A DNA stretch of 61,467 nt, filler included, from Sphacelaria rigidula (lineage: Eukaryota), in NCBI GenBank assembly GCA_964200075.2. It is 9 parts of 9 records of this genome, joined end to end, with 100 filler letters (N's around TTAATTAATTAA, not from the genome) between each part and the next. Parts side by side here need not be neighbours in the genome. Positions count along the whole stretch, not along the records: positions 1 to 6,742 come from CAXNAA020018309.1; positions 6,843 to 13,583 come from CAXNAA020018310.1; 7 more parts are not named here. The stretch is one strand, 5' to 3'. How positions within the stretch are numbered: the stretch's first letter is position 1; each line of letters opens with the position of its first letter. This document shows positions 1-12,186 of the stretch, piece by piece. The notes beneath the pieces are model-generated. The model did no database searches, was not told the origin of the DNA, and was given only the letters and a program-made list of their open reading frames with translations. A program made the position numbers and the translations under genes.

Positions 1-23
1 AATAGGTGCTACGGGACGGGCAA

Positions 24-72
<49 letters not shown>

Positions 73-429
73 ACGATTCCACGAATCATGTGCTCATGAA
101 TGCCCAAGAGGCCTGAAACACTTGAGGTGCGGTCTCATTTGGGTAAAAGTGGTGAGAAGCAGGATGGATGAGCGTTATTTATCGAGAGCAAGCGCGTGCG
201 AACAACTCTTGGCTGCGTTCAACGGCGATTGAAGTGATTTTTCGTGGAAGGAAACGGCCCATATTTTCCCCCCCTCTATCGGAGCATGACTCAGTACCCC
301 AATTGGTGATGACTCCAAGGGGCAACGGAAGGGTGGGGGAGAGGAGAGGAACTACTTGTCGAGGCACTAGTTTTAGACCCCCGTGTAACGATGTTTTCGT
401 GAAATTGAGAGTCTAGCGTTGATCAGAAG

Positions 430-685
430 TAAGATTCACTATCCGCTTCAAGGTAGCCAGAATATATCGTGTGTGCTCTTCTTGGCCTGTAGCACCGTCC
501 TGTGCTTGCAGCTGCACGTTGATCTCATACCCAGATATAGCAAAGGCTTCAGTGGCAAGCTACAACAGAGAGTGTACCGGGCCTCGTGGGGAGGTGGTTC
601 AGAACTGAACCACTTCACCCATTCAATGGTCGACAACTTTTCACTCTCAATCGTATCCTGGATTACTCTTAGTCTCACGTGAAAA
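430..685. repeat. Dispersed repeat (~230 bp); related copies at ~34690-34915 (inverted) and ~45005-45245
   Basis: Shared blocks such as GGCTTCAGTGGCAAGCTAC and CTTCTCACTCTCAATxGTATC in three different contigs. Confidence 0.7.
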
Positions 686-1066
686 ATATTGTGTGCTGCG
701 CTTGCTGCTTTGTGGCTTGCTGACAACATCTATCTACGCTCACGACGCTCGAAACGTAGCCAATGTCACAAGAATAACCTCCCGCTCATAAAAGTGCAAG
801 GACACATCGCGACGAGGCCACATCTTCTATCAGTGCAACGACCACCATGAAATGGCAGGGAGATGTCTCTCACATCCTTCGATTTAACCACACGCTTCTC
901 TCTAATTTCTTGTGAACGTTTTGGCAGAACATTCGCCGATCTCTTCTTGACGTGAGTGCTTGATTTCGTTTTTACGCCAACAAAAAACTCGCCATCGACA
1001 GCACGTACGTGTGCATGTTGCGAAGATTGTCTAACTCATAAAATGTGCTCAACTATACATTTGCAG

Positions 1067-4000
1067 CAAGTGTACTTCGCCGAGACGTTGGGCGAGAACG
1101 GCACCGTTGTCCTACTGGAGTCCGGACCGTTCAAGCTGGAGGCCTCGTGCTACACCACTTTGAAATATTATCACGTCTCTTACCATCACGACGACGACTT
1201 TAACATCGACGACGATAGCCCTCCTTCGCGCGGATCGAGCTACTCATTTTTCTTCGACGACGAAGACGATGGCTCGAGCTATTCGGAAACTCGTTCCTAC
1301 ACGCTGAGCTATGTGAGTTACACGATGGAACGCCTAAGAAGAACGGAAGCAAATACCCCTTTTTTTATGATAGGGTTCCGACCACCACATAAAAAACGTT
1401 TCGTTTGCGAGATGAACTCGGCGTCATTGTCCCCTTTCATCGCCTGATCAGGCATGCTGAAACTAGTTTCACCGGCGATCGCAAGTCTCCTCGAGAAATG
1501 AGACCATCCGTTGAAATCAAGCTGCAATCAAAATTTCTCGACGATTGTCAAACGTCAAACAACCGGCCACACACCACTAATTGTATGAGGCAGCATGATA
1601 GGCGGGTTACTCATGCGTGAGAAAGGATGTCGTCGATGCTAGCTTTTTCTAGTTGATGGTGCCAGCACGCAAATTTTTGTTGTTTTGCTTCTGCGCAACT
1701 GTGCGGCATACCGTAAATATTCGCACTAAAAATCTCCGCCAAACCTTCTGAGCGCCTCACCCCCACCCATCGACGTCTTTCTCATTTTGCATTTTCTCCC
1801 CGCGCAGCTGAGAATGGACCTGACGTACACCGCAGATACGGACGACTACGTTTTTGGACCCCACGACTGGTGTGAGTATCTATCTCTGCTCGATTGTTTT
1901 GGTCATTTAATTCGAGGCCCTCATGTCTGTCATTATCATCATGCAGGCGTTTTGCACCGCGGCAACAATCGACCTTTCAGTGTCACGTACCGTGCGCGTC
2001 CAGCCAGCTCCGCGTGAACGGTGGCCACACGCCAGAATTGTCGACATATAACAGCCGATCATCGAAATTGAGGAATCAGCTTTTCGTTGAGGATGAGTGT
2101 GTGTGTTTGCTATCGTCCCGTTTTATTCTGGGCGCCAGTCTGCACATTTCGGTATATGTGGGCGCATCAGCCGGGGTCACACAGGAGGAAGGTCAACACA
2201 TACATGAGCTTTTTATTTTTTATTTGTTTTCAGTACCCCACCTTCCTTCTACGGTGCTTGCCTTTTTTTTTTGTCGCGAGAGGGGTTCAGCAGTCCCTTC
2301 CCCTCATCGACCGTTAGCTCAAATTTCGTGTACCCACGACATAGTCGCTCTCCACTGTTGGGCATGGTGTCAGGAAAATTTGCAGATCGCTCCGGGGATC
2401 GAACCCCGCAACTCAACCGCCAGAAGGTTACGAGGTTACCGACTGAGCCACCGGGGCGACCGGCTACATAGCATGAGAACACAAACATGGAATCATGTTT
2501 CGTAGATTTGGTGTGGATACGGAAATTTTAATCCTCCGGGTTCTCATCCTCAATCAAGAGCTTCATCCTCAATTTCGATGTTCGGCTGTTATGTACTTGA
2601 TGCTGCCCCGGCAATGTGACGACTACGCGAGGCAACAAAAGTCCAATGGTAAAACTGACACTTATTTAGTAAAAAAAGCGGCATACCCCCAAAGCGCGTA
2701 GATTGGTGAAGCTTTGTGTGTCTGGCGTGGAGCTGCGCACTTGCTATGTTTGTGCACAACGGTGCAGTGAAGATTACTCAACAACGAACCCGTACGCTCC
2801 CCTTTCCCCCCTGTCGAATCCCAACCTTCTCACCTCCTTATTTCTAGATAACGGCGACGTCGAACTGAGCTCACTGGCTGGAGCATGGACGGCAGGCGAA
2901 AATAGGACGTCCCAAGTTTTCCGCGGTTATGACGGACAAAATTCTGCATCATTTACGCTCCAGAGCCTGTCTGGGTAAGTCTTTTGTTCGTTCAAGCTTT
3001 GCGGTCCGAAGTTTCCCATAAAAATAAACCCGAGCTTTGGAGCAAAGTCGGAGCCCAAATCAGAAGCCCGCATCAGAATACTGATCAGAATAGATGCCAC
3101 CATATGGCTATCGTCAGGCATCAACCACACTGCCGGAGTTCCGCTGCACCTGACGCATGTTAATGTTCCGGTCGTCTCTGGTGTGTCCCGGTCCGCAGTA
3201 TATCCTCTCACCCACTTGAGGCGTCCCTTTTTGTTAGTCTCGTGAGCACTTGAGTCGAACTTTAGACACGCAGTCTGCCGGACGGGAGCACGTTCCGATC
3301 CATGGCTTTTATTTTGGATAAGCTGAAACCACGTGTAGCGTCTAGTATTCCTCACAATGTAGGTAGGAGTCATTATCGTCGCAGTATAACTGCGAGATTC
3401 GTGTGGGGACTGTTCAAGTCCTTATGATCATTGGAGATGTGGAATCAACACGTGTATCTTCGTCCTACGTGAAATGCGCCCACGTGCACTTTGATGTGCA
3501 GTCAGTCGGCAACAGTTAGCCAGGAACATTTACACAACCACGCACATTCATTCGTGTCACGGGAATCACTCCCTTCCACGAATGCGCTGAGATGCTGAAA
3601 TGCAAACAATTACGCTACTACTGATGATGTGCGCCATTCTTTGATTATCTAAGTAGCATGCATGTCAAGATGAACTTCTGAAGGCTTTGCAGACATTTTT
3701 TGAAATGACTCACACCCGCGTTTTGTCAGCAGCCGTCCAGGAAATAATTTCGAATCTTCGAACATGAAATTTATCTGTCCCCTAAGATGGTAAACAGAGG
3801 CGTGCGTTTGAAATCAGACAGCATCGACGCAACCTCGAAATGAAGCTGTAGGTGAGAAGCTAATTGCACCGAAGATAGTGGTTTGGCCAATATTTGACAG
3901 AAGAGAGCTACAGTACTTGCTGGAGCACCACCACAATCAACTTCGTCCTTGTCACGGTTGTACTGCTCAAGAGAACCGCGTGTTTTTTTACCACATCGGG

Positions 4001-4447
4001 GCTCGAACACCCCTATGGTTAGGGTCAGATTGAGTGTGGGTGTTGGGGTCAGGGGCGCGGTTCCTGCAGGGACTAGCCCTCACTTTCTTAAAAAACCGCC
4101 TTGGGTTTTCAAATTCCAATGCCGTTCAAAAGCGCCCGGTTCTCCCACGCACTACAACGGTTACCAATTTCATCACATGTAACCGTCAACGGTCACCACA
4201 CCAAGCGGTCATCTTACCAAGGACAGCGGCTGTTCATGCTGTCTTCAACCCGTATGATGGTGTACCGTGCAACAGGAACTACTTCAGCATCGACAGTGGT
4301 GACACGGCAGGGATCCACAGGGACCACACTGACTATATACCGGGGGGTGAGGACGCCTTTCCCGAGGGCCTAGAGTGCATGGTTGGGGGCTTCTTCACCT
4401 ACCGGATTCCTGCTGTCTACAGTGCCTCCTCTTCATCCCTTTGGTAG
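1067..4447 (+). CDS. 3' part of a spliced gene of unknown function; exons 1067-1312, 1808-1871, 2848-2974, 4276-4447 (stop)
   Basis: Canonical sites: ttgcag|...|gtgagt, cgcgcag|...|gtgagt, ttctag|...|gtaagt, aacag|...TAG. Phases 0, 1 and 2 all match and give one open frame: QVYFAETLGENGTVVLLESGPF...LRMDLTYTADTDDYVFGPHDWYNGDVELSS...SLSGNYFSIDSGD...ECMVGGFFTYRIPAVYSASSSSLW*. No family recognised. Confidence 0.75.
2097..2464 (-). mobile_element. tRNA-derived SINE, near full length, in intron 2 of the contig-1 gene
   Basis: On the minus strand: head CCGGTCGCCCCGGTGGCTCAGTCGG (A box) and GGTTCGATCC (B box), then the family body and a (CA)n tail. Colinear with 29359-29720 and 57628-57990. Confidence 0.85.
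3962..4152 (-). mobile_element. Degenerate copy of the telomere-like-repeat MITE (see 35352-35568)
   Basis: GGTTAGGGTCAG...GGTTCCTGCAGGGACTAGCC matches the reverse complement of the MITE interior. TIR remnants at both sides. Confidence 0.5.
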
Positions 4448-5227
4448 CCGAGTGTCGGCTTGCTACAACAGTGGATATCAATTCCTTGTGAAAAAGTATA
4501 ATCGGTAAAACCTGTGGTACGTGGCTCGCGGTCAAGGGGCCTCATTAGAGTTGCTGGATCGTGCCGCCTGTGTGGTGGTTGTCGCCCCCTATGATGTGGT
4601 AGATTCGGACAGGTGTACTTGCTATTGCGTTGGCTTGTCATTCAGGTTGGTGTTCTACTCATTGAGAAACGTTTGGGAACCAAGTTTCTTCTTACGTGGA
4701 TCAACATGCTCTTTCGTGTCCTCTACTAGGTTTCAAAAATGGCGGATGCCATGGCGGTGCCGGGACACTGATTTCGTTGCTGCTCTTATGTGTGTGATTG
4801 TTCGCGATCTACCTCGCATGTATTGTTAGCGCTGTACTATGCTACTCTGTTTCTTTGACTACGGTAGGTTACAAAGGGGTCGGATACCATGAAGGTGTTG
4901 GGACACTGAGTTTGTTACTGCTTTTATGTGTGTGATTGTTCGCGAGCTACCCTACATGTATGGTTGAAACAGTTAGTTGACTGTATTAGTCTACGAGTAG
5001 CAGTGATGATTGCAGTACCATTCTTGTCTTCTATTGTGTTGTTCATTCGTACGATTTGATTTGACCATACGTATACGTTTGTAGCCTTCGGTACTTTGCA
5101 GTGCTTTTTGGTCCCTGTGTAGTTGCACACTTACTAATGTATTACTATTATGCCTTACACGCGTGGACAAAGAGCACCCTGCGGGGCACGTCTACAGGGT
5201 TCAGGGAAATTGTGCAGTGTTTCTCGC

Positions 5228-5613
5228 GGGGATGGATCTTTTTATTGAGGATGAGGAACCCGGATACTTAAAATCTTCGTATCCACACCAAAACTTCGAA
5301 AAATGGTTTCATTTCTCCATCTACTGATAGCTCTTGACAACTGCTACACGCCATAGAAATTTGGATTTCGATCACCGAAATGTTGGAGTCCTAGGTGAAA
5401 GAATAATTTCGGAACAATTTTGGCGTCCGTTCGGACACCCCGAATTCCCGAAAATTGGTTTTCCACCTAGGACCCCAACATTTCGGTGATCGAAATCCAA
5501 ATTTCTATGGCATGCAGCAGTTGTCAATAGCTATCAGTAGGCGAAGAAGTTGAACCACATTTCGAAGATTTTAATTTTCCGGGTTTCTCATCCCCAATTA
5601 AAGATCCATCCCC
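5228..5613. mobile_element. Fold-back (palindromic) MITE, ~385 bp
   Basis: Ends GGGGATGGATCTTT...AAAGATCCATCCCC. Inner arms CCATAGAAATTTGGATTTCGATCACCGAAATGTTGG / CCAACATTTCGGTGATCGAAATCCAAATTTCTATGG are perfect reverse complements. A related single arm lies at ~2490-2570. Confidence 0.85.
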
Positions 5614-6239
5614 AATTTGTGAGATTCCGTGTGTGTGGGGTGTTTTTTTTGGGCCTCACAGGACGCTTCACAGGGTTTCAGGGAAATTGTGCAGTGTTTC
5701 TCGCGGGGATTCGACTGTAGGGTATCATTTAGCTCCACACTGGATGCTTCACAGGGCTTCGTCACTCCGTGTAGTGTTAAGATGCTGTACTGTATTTTTA
5801 CCCACTAAAAATACGCTCGACCTTGCAGGGCGGGCGCAGTACTGGCGAAAAATCAGGTCACTTGTGACAGGGGTGGGTATACCGAACTCGAACTCCAGTA
5901 CTAGGGAGGAGATCTCACTGAGCACTGAACCACCTGTAACTTATTGTTAGCGTGGGCAATATTTTTGGATTTTTAATGAATATATATCAAGAAATATAAC
6001 TTAAGAAACGAAAACATGAGCACCCTTCTTTTGTAATTCTAAAATGGTTGCCTGTTGGCAACTTTGGGGAAAAGCGCTCTCCCGAGTGTAATTTTCCTCT
6101 GGAGTCGACCGTTGGGACACCAGCAATTTTGTACTTCAAAGTACTTGTATATTATGTAGTATAGACCATGACCCAAGATCTACGCAAAACACCCATAACA
6201 GAAACACTTTTGTTCTCGCAGCTATACCGCGCACAACCC

Positions 6240-6640
6240 TATATACTGTCTGTAGCGAAGAGCACGAGTTGGGCACAGGGATATAGGTACACACCGCCGT
6301 GGTTGGATATAAGGTATTTCTTGTTGGTGCATGGAAACATGAGCATTCTTTCATGGTCGCGCGGCGCATCGACGAATCGAACCGCCATATATGCGCGCGG
6401 GGTATATAAACTGTATGTAGCATGCACGTACTCACCGCATATAGTTGATGCATGGGTGCAGGCATCGTCAGTATAAAGCTGCACGTTGTTCAAGTCCTTT
6501 TCACGTCGCAGTGTAGGGAGAAAACATAATGTAAAGTCCTGCGCTGTCTGTACTTTACTTTCCCCGCTTCCCATGCCCTGCTCACCGCGTGCTGCACTAC
6601 TTCCGTGCGCGTCCAGTGTGAACTCTACAGCTATACTCCT
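6240..6640. repeat. Dispersed repeat (~400 bp); copies at ~20570-21050 (inverted) and ~47225-47420 (partial)
   Basis: Shared blocks GCACGAGTTGGGCACAGGGATATA and GCTGCACGTTGTTCAAGTCCTTTTCACGTCGCA. Confidence 0.75.
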
Positions 6641-6742
6641 GACGGTATATAACACCCTCGTACATCGAAATATAAGCTGTATTCAGGGTAGGAAAGACAC
6701 CGGGCGGACAACGTACTGTTTCTTTCTAGACATGCAAAAGAC

Positions 6743-6842
6743 NNNNNNNNNNNNNNNNNNNNNNNNNNNNNNNNNNNNNNNNNNNNTTAATTAATTAANN
6801 NNNNNNNNNNNNNNNNNNNNNNNNNNNNNNNNNNNNNNNNNN
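6743..6842. other. Artificial contig linker N44-TTAATTAATTAA-N44 (first of 8; others at 13584-13683, 20425-20524, 27266-27365, 34107-34206, 40948-41047, 47788-47887, 54628-54727)
   Basis: Identical 100-bp spacer with a stop-in-all-frames palindrome. Intervening segments are 6742, 6741 x5 and 6740 x3 bp (non-increasing). Confidence 0.97.
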
Positions 6843-7769
6843 GGGGTATGCAGCGGCAGCTGCTGCTTCAGTCGGAGAGGCGTACAATATTGTACTGTAC
6901 TACACTGTTGTATGCATGCGCGCCGCAACGCTGATACCTTTCGAAGAGAATTTGCCGCATGCAACAAAGGGGGAAATGGCGACCCGCCCTGACCACAAAA
7001 GGCTGTGTGGCAAGGTGATGGGGACAAAACTATCATCCAAAGCCACACGTGGCGGGCGGCCCGCCGGTCGCCGCATCCTGTTGGAAGCTCTCTGCCGCGA
7101 CCCATACTGCTTGCTATATCAGATGTACATCACCTAATGCGCATCCTGCACCTGAAAATAGGTTGGATGAAACTTTCGGTCTTCATCATAAGCCTGCGGT
7201 TACATAGGCGGATTCCCAGCAAAATGAAACCACTGTTTCGTGCATACGCCAGACACGTCATTCCTGACCAGCCTTACTGGTCATTCTCGAGGCCCGGTCC
7301 CGAAAAGGTTAAATCAATCCTTATGAGGCTAAAAAATGATCCAACTTTCATTTTTTGGTCACTTTCGTTCATGATTTTTCATTAAGTCACGTCAATGCTT
7401 AATTTTGTACCCCGAAAAGTGCATGCTCTTTTGGTCGTGGCCACAAAGCGATCCCAATTTTTCAAAAGTACCATCAGAAAGTGCATCCTCCGTACATTTT
7501 TGTCGTGCAGCTCTTTTTTACTTGAAACGATGATTATGCATGATGCTGAACTGTTTTGGAACATTTTCTCACTTTTTAATGACATTTCTGGAGGGAAACG
7601 ATGTTAAATCCGCGCGGAGGCAGCCTCAGATCTTTTCAGCGTTGTCTTTTAGGTCGGCCGCTTATCGGCAGACGTTGTTAGTAAAGCCGGACACAACCAC
7701 CAGTCAAGGTTTGACACGTCGAACGAGTCATTCGTCGAAACCAGTGCCGTCTTTGATGTTTTTAAAAAA

Positions 7770-7990
7770 CGCAAGCATGGCTCGAGTACCCGCCCTATTG
7801 ATATTTCCACAACGAACAATGACTCGAGTGCTCGCCCTATGAACTTTTCCATAACGAGCGATGACTCGAGTGCTCGCCCTGTTGAATTTTTCACGACAAG
7901 CAGTGACTCGAGTGCTCGAGGACCTCCAAAAACGGTCAACCAGCAGCCCAAGGAGTGCGAGTGCCACGACTCATACTCGTGATCGTCGGA
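7770..7990. repeat. Tandem array of four 42-bp units plus a shared ~70-bp tail
   Basis: CTCGAG cores at 7781, 7823, 7865 and 7907. Unit consensus is approximately ACGAGCAATGACTCGAGTGCTCGCCCTATTGATTTTTCCACA. Confidence 0.85.
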
Positions 7991-8071
7991 CGTGTGAAGA
8001 AGTCACCAGCAATGCCTCGCTTATGCGGCACAGCCAGATACCTGACGCTTGACAGTATCTCTCATCACATG

Positions 8072-8233
8072 GGCGGAGCAGCACTAGCGAATGCAGGAAG
8101 CCTGCGGTGGTGCGAAGCACTGTGCACAACACAGGACCCCGCACCACTACCGCTGTCGGCGGCTGCGGCTTTTCTGCTTGTACAGTACTCCGCACCACCG
8201 CAGGCTCCCTGCGTTCGTTAGGACGGCTCCGCC
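8072..8233. mobile_element. Small hairpin/MITE with ~60-bp arms
   Basis: GGCGGAGC...CGAATGCAGGAAGCCTGCGGTGGTGCGAAGCACTGTGCA pairs with TGTACAGTACTCCGCACCACCGCAGGCTCCCTGCGTTCG...GCTCCGCC. Confidence 0.75.
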
Positions 8234-8269
8234 TACTGTTGGCATAGGTGATGACTTCTTAAAGATATA

Positions 8270-8560
8270 TGCGCAGTTCACAACGGATGCGCATTCCCTG
8301 TCTAGCATCCACTCGCACCTGCTGCCTGCACGGTTCAGCTTATTTGTTCGAAATGATGCACGTCCCAGCATGTCGGGTGTTTTCGAAACGAGGTGGGGGT
8401 ATGTGCTACGTCGATGTTGTTTTTCTTGGTGAGCCTTGTACACGCACAAGATGCCTGGCACATTCGCCAGGTTTTCTGGCGCGACCGTGAAGGCACCACA
8501 GTCTGAAAGCACCATCCAATCTGTATATGATTTTCGACGTGGGATACCACCCTGGTCCGC
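8270..8560 (+). pseudogene. Possible decayed hAT transposase fragment
   Basis: In shifting frames: TCCLHG (CxxH-like), ETRWG (TRW-like) and VFWRD, in hAT order but with deletions. Motif-level only. Confidence 0.3.
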
Positions 8561-8647
8561 TTCGAAGACTATAGGTTCAAGATCGTCGAGGAGCTCATGT
8601 TAATCATTTGCCCGTCGGATTGCTGACTCCTCGACTCAAGTCATTCA

Positions 8648-8870
8648 CCGCGAGCAATGATTCGAGTGCTCGTCCCCCTTGATTTTTTCACAACCAGCAG
8701 TGACTCGAGTACTTGCCCTATTCATTTCTCCACAACGAGCAATGACTCGAGTACTCATCATATTCATTTCTTCACAGCGAGCAATGACTCGAGTGCTCGA
8801 GGACCTCCAAAAACGGCCAACGAGCAGCCCAAAGAGCGCGAGTGCCACGTGTCATACTCGTGCTTGTCTG
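8648..8870. repeat. Second copy of the 42-bp tandem array plus tail
   Basis: (C/T)TCGAG cores at 8661, 8704, 8746 and 8788, followed by GTGCTCGAGGACCTCCAAAAACGG as in the first array. Confidence 0.85.
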
Positions 8871-9589
8871 ACGTATGCAAGGTTTGTCATGTGATAGCGG
8901 CAGATTGCCCTCGGTTTTACACGCCGTGTCGCGCAAGATACGGCCGTACAGCCGAGCCGAACAGAACAGTGTCTTGTTAGGGTTCCGGACACCGCAATGA
9001 TCTGACGAGGACAGGGGCGGTTGATCTAGTCGTTTTTCTATGAGAATCAACCTGAAATCTTCAGCGGCAACGCTTCCACGTGAACATCTTGAGTTTTTTT
9101 CACCATTTCACTTGCTTCCAGAATGGGACGGAATGCAAGTTGCAAACTTCAATTTTCACGGATGGATCGCGGGTATTCCAGCCGTGCCGAGGCGTGGTCC
9201 GCATCGTACAGTCAGCACTACAGTAATCGTTGTACTGCCGGCCAGAAGCACACAGTGTCAACTTCATCGTGTAGTACCATTCATTCCGGGATACATTTCG
9301 TGTATTGAGTGCTTCCTTCCTCTGCAGTAATACGCATCCTTCGCCATCCGGGCGCCTTAGCCGGCGTGGTCTGCAGCGCCACGCAGCCGTGCTGAGGGGG
9401 AAAACTCCCTTTCCAGGACGACTGCTACTCTAGTCTCCGTATATTTGACGCCTTGGAGCATGAACGTCTTTGACGACAGCCCCGGGTTACGAATTAAATT
9501 TTTGGTAAAATGCCTCCATATTGTTGAAAAGAATGACACTGGGTGTTGGTTCTTCCGAAAAGGCATATACCGATGATTTGTGCGCTGAA

Positions 9590-9670
9590 AGCCGGTCGCC
9601 CCGGTGGCTCAATTGGTAACCTCGAAACCCTCTGACGGTTGGGTCGTGGGTTCGAATTTCGGTGCAGTCG
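9590..9670 (+). mobile_element. SINE tRNA-derived head only (sequence diverges from the family body after GGTGCAGTC)
   Basis: GCCGGTCGCCCCGGTGGCTCAATTGGTAACCTCGAAACCCTCTGACGGTTGGGTCGTGGGTTCGAATTTCGGTGCAGTC. Confidence 0.75.
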
Positions 9671-12186
9671 ACACCCCAGACAAAATAGCGCATTGCCAAA
9701 AAGTGTACTGCGTACAATATCAACTATTGCGTCTAATGCAATAGACATTAGATTCTATACTGTAGGCAGTAACCTTTTTGACCTTTGTAATCTACGAGCT
9801 GGGACATTAGTAAATCCCGCATTTGCACGTCACACCACAATTGATCAACTTTTATGAAGCAGCCCGGCTTGAGCATATCGCTGTGAACTGCAGACCAATC
9901 TGGTAACGCACGGCACCATCGCTGATCGATTGGTGCAGTTTTGGCGATGAAGTTATTGTACTTTGAGTACATCAAGTACCAGGTACGTCTGGTGTCGTTG
10001 CGTGATAGCGTGTCTGGCGACGTTTTCTTTCACGAAATGCGGTGGAATTAAGGTAAACAGTTGCGCCGCACAGGCACACGAAAATCCCGATATGCGCAGG
10101 CAAAAGCACACTAGTAGTACCGCAAGATGGCATCTAGCTCGTCAACAGCCCCATCATGGAGACATGGGAGAGGACCCCCGATCCGACTGTCATATATCAC
10201 CACACGGTGGAAAGTACTACTCGAAACTGCGCTATACCCCCCCCCCGGATGCAAGACCGCCACTCAAATATCGAGACCCTTCGCAACTTGGGAGGAAGCA
10301 CAGATCGTGCACGATTAGATTACGCACGAAAATAAATCATCGTGTCGGGATTCGAACTCGTCCCTCGCGTACTTCGAGGCTGTTGTATCAGTTTGACCAC
10401 CCGGGCGCAGCCGTGTCACGCGAAAAGTTCCCGGCTACGCCCAATTACAGTAAATTTCGGCCGAAATTTCAACAGGATCCTCTGCACGCAAGTGCGCACA
10501 ACATTTTGGGATAAGTCGCCGTGTTTCTTAATTTTCACTGAGTGTAGCATTCTTCGTAGGGCTGTGAACTGAACCAACTTATACTGTCAATGAAACTGGA
10601 ACTGGCGAGGAGGGCGCCAGTTCATTCAGTTTATTTGAGTTTTGCCGTTAGCGGCTATTTTTATACCAATTTCAGCATGGTGGATTTGTAGCAAAGATGC
10701 TTACACCATTACATACATTGTGACGATACAATTGAGGCCTGCACTTCACAGCTGCAGAGAAACATGGGTATACATTGGGACGGAGGGCGCGTCGAAGGGA
10801 TATACGGAAATTGTCTGACTCAATGACGCGTAAAGCAGCGGTGCACACCTTCATGGTTCGTCTTTCGTATGTCAGTCGACTTGTACAGCATAGGTCTGGC
10901 GTTCTGTGGTAGCACCAGAGCAAATGAAGAACGGGTTTGCCCTTGGCTAGTCACAAGCTGACTACTTCATGTGTTTTCCGTTATTTTCGTCCCGTCTGCT
11001 TCGTTGGTACCTCGTGGTTCTGCAGTTTTCCGTCTTTTTCGGTCGTGGCGTGTAGGTCGACGGCTAGTCCGTCGAATGAGGAAAATGAAGAAAGAAAAGG
11101 AATTGCGACTTATTCACGGCGGGGCGCTTGATGCGGAGCTGTCGAACGCCAAACACCAATTGTCAATTGTCAATTGTCAATTACATGATGAACAGCGTTT
11201 TGAAATAATGCAGCACATGCTCGCTACGCCTCGAAGTGATATAGCGGATACATATATATATATATGTGCCACAAGGTTTGTCGTTTCATTGCACATGTAC
11301 GGAAACACAAGCAACGAACGGTAACCTGCGACCACAAAATACAAAATACACCATGCTATTCGACTACATGCGTGTTTGTTGGCCCGCATGTGAATAATTC
11401 GGCGCTCTTATCCCCACGTGCTGCAAGCCTTGGCTGCCTGCTCCCATCCTCTGCTCCTCTGGGAGAATCCTTACCACCACATGCTACAGATGAACAGTTT
11501 TCGAATCGCTCACCGCTTTAGATGGGATATTCATATAATGAGAGCCTATCAACTCCTCAATGTGAGGCGTCACATTTTTTGCCACATCCACACTGTTGAA
11601 GGGAAGACAAGCCAAATACCACAATATCTCTTGCCTCCGGCGGTGCTCCCGCGAGGCCCCCTCAGCAGAGGGGGGGGGGGGGGGGGGGGGGGCGCCCCCC
11701 CCCTCCCGTCCGCGGGGCTGGAATCTCTCGAGAAGAGCNNNNNNNNNNAGGAAGACAAAGCTAAATACTATAGAACGGTTGGCTCCGGGTGGGTTGCCCC
11801 CGTACCCCCTAAGGAAGAGGGGGGGGGGGGGGGGGCGTTGACGCTCGCCACTTCGTAGCTCGCCGTCGATATCTTCCCTGTCAATCGGCGAACCCGATTA
11901 AGTGGAAAAACATCGATGTACTGGCTGCTGGCGCGGCCAGTTTAATCTCAACTGGCCAGAGCTGCCAGTTGGCGGCCCTTGTTTTCCCTGTTTTTGCTAA
12001 AACATTAAATCGGTTTAACTTTCTGTTCTTGTTTTTCTTCTTGGCACCCAGCGCAAGGTTGCGCGTGTTCATCACAAAAATCTTGGGTGAAAATTCCAGC
12101 GCTGAACTCTTCAAGTTACCAACAGCTGGGCCCGGAAACATGAAAAAATCACGGCCAGCTGGCCCAGCTTGTGTTGTTCACGGCGT

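Noticed and set aside
690..790. Signal-peptide first exon (VLRLLLCGLLTTSIYA) for the contig-1 gene
   Set aside because: No in-frame ATG is visible before it, the frame stops near 790 and no convincing donor was found.
1894..2505. Long ORFs such as 1894-2505, 14536-15159, 19342-19917, 27565-28065, 42995-43579 and 44400-44942
   Set aside because: They run through SINEs, MITEs or other repeats, or are antisense to the Gypsy pol, and show no recognisable protein features.
6787..6798. TTAATTAATTAA as a regularly spaced biological motif
   Set aside because: It is always embedded in exactly 44+44 Ns, so it is a synthetic linker.
7770..8810. CRISPR array
   Set aside because: The inter-core segments are only ~20 nt and are homologous to each other rather than unique spacers; there are no cas genes and the context is eukaryotic.
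11640..11860. G-rich structured element
   Set aside because: Poly-G/C runs flank a 10-N gap, so this is likely low-quality assembly.
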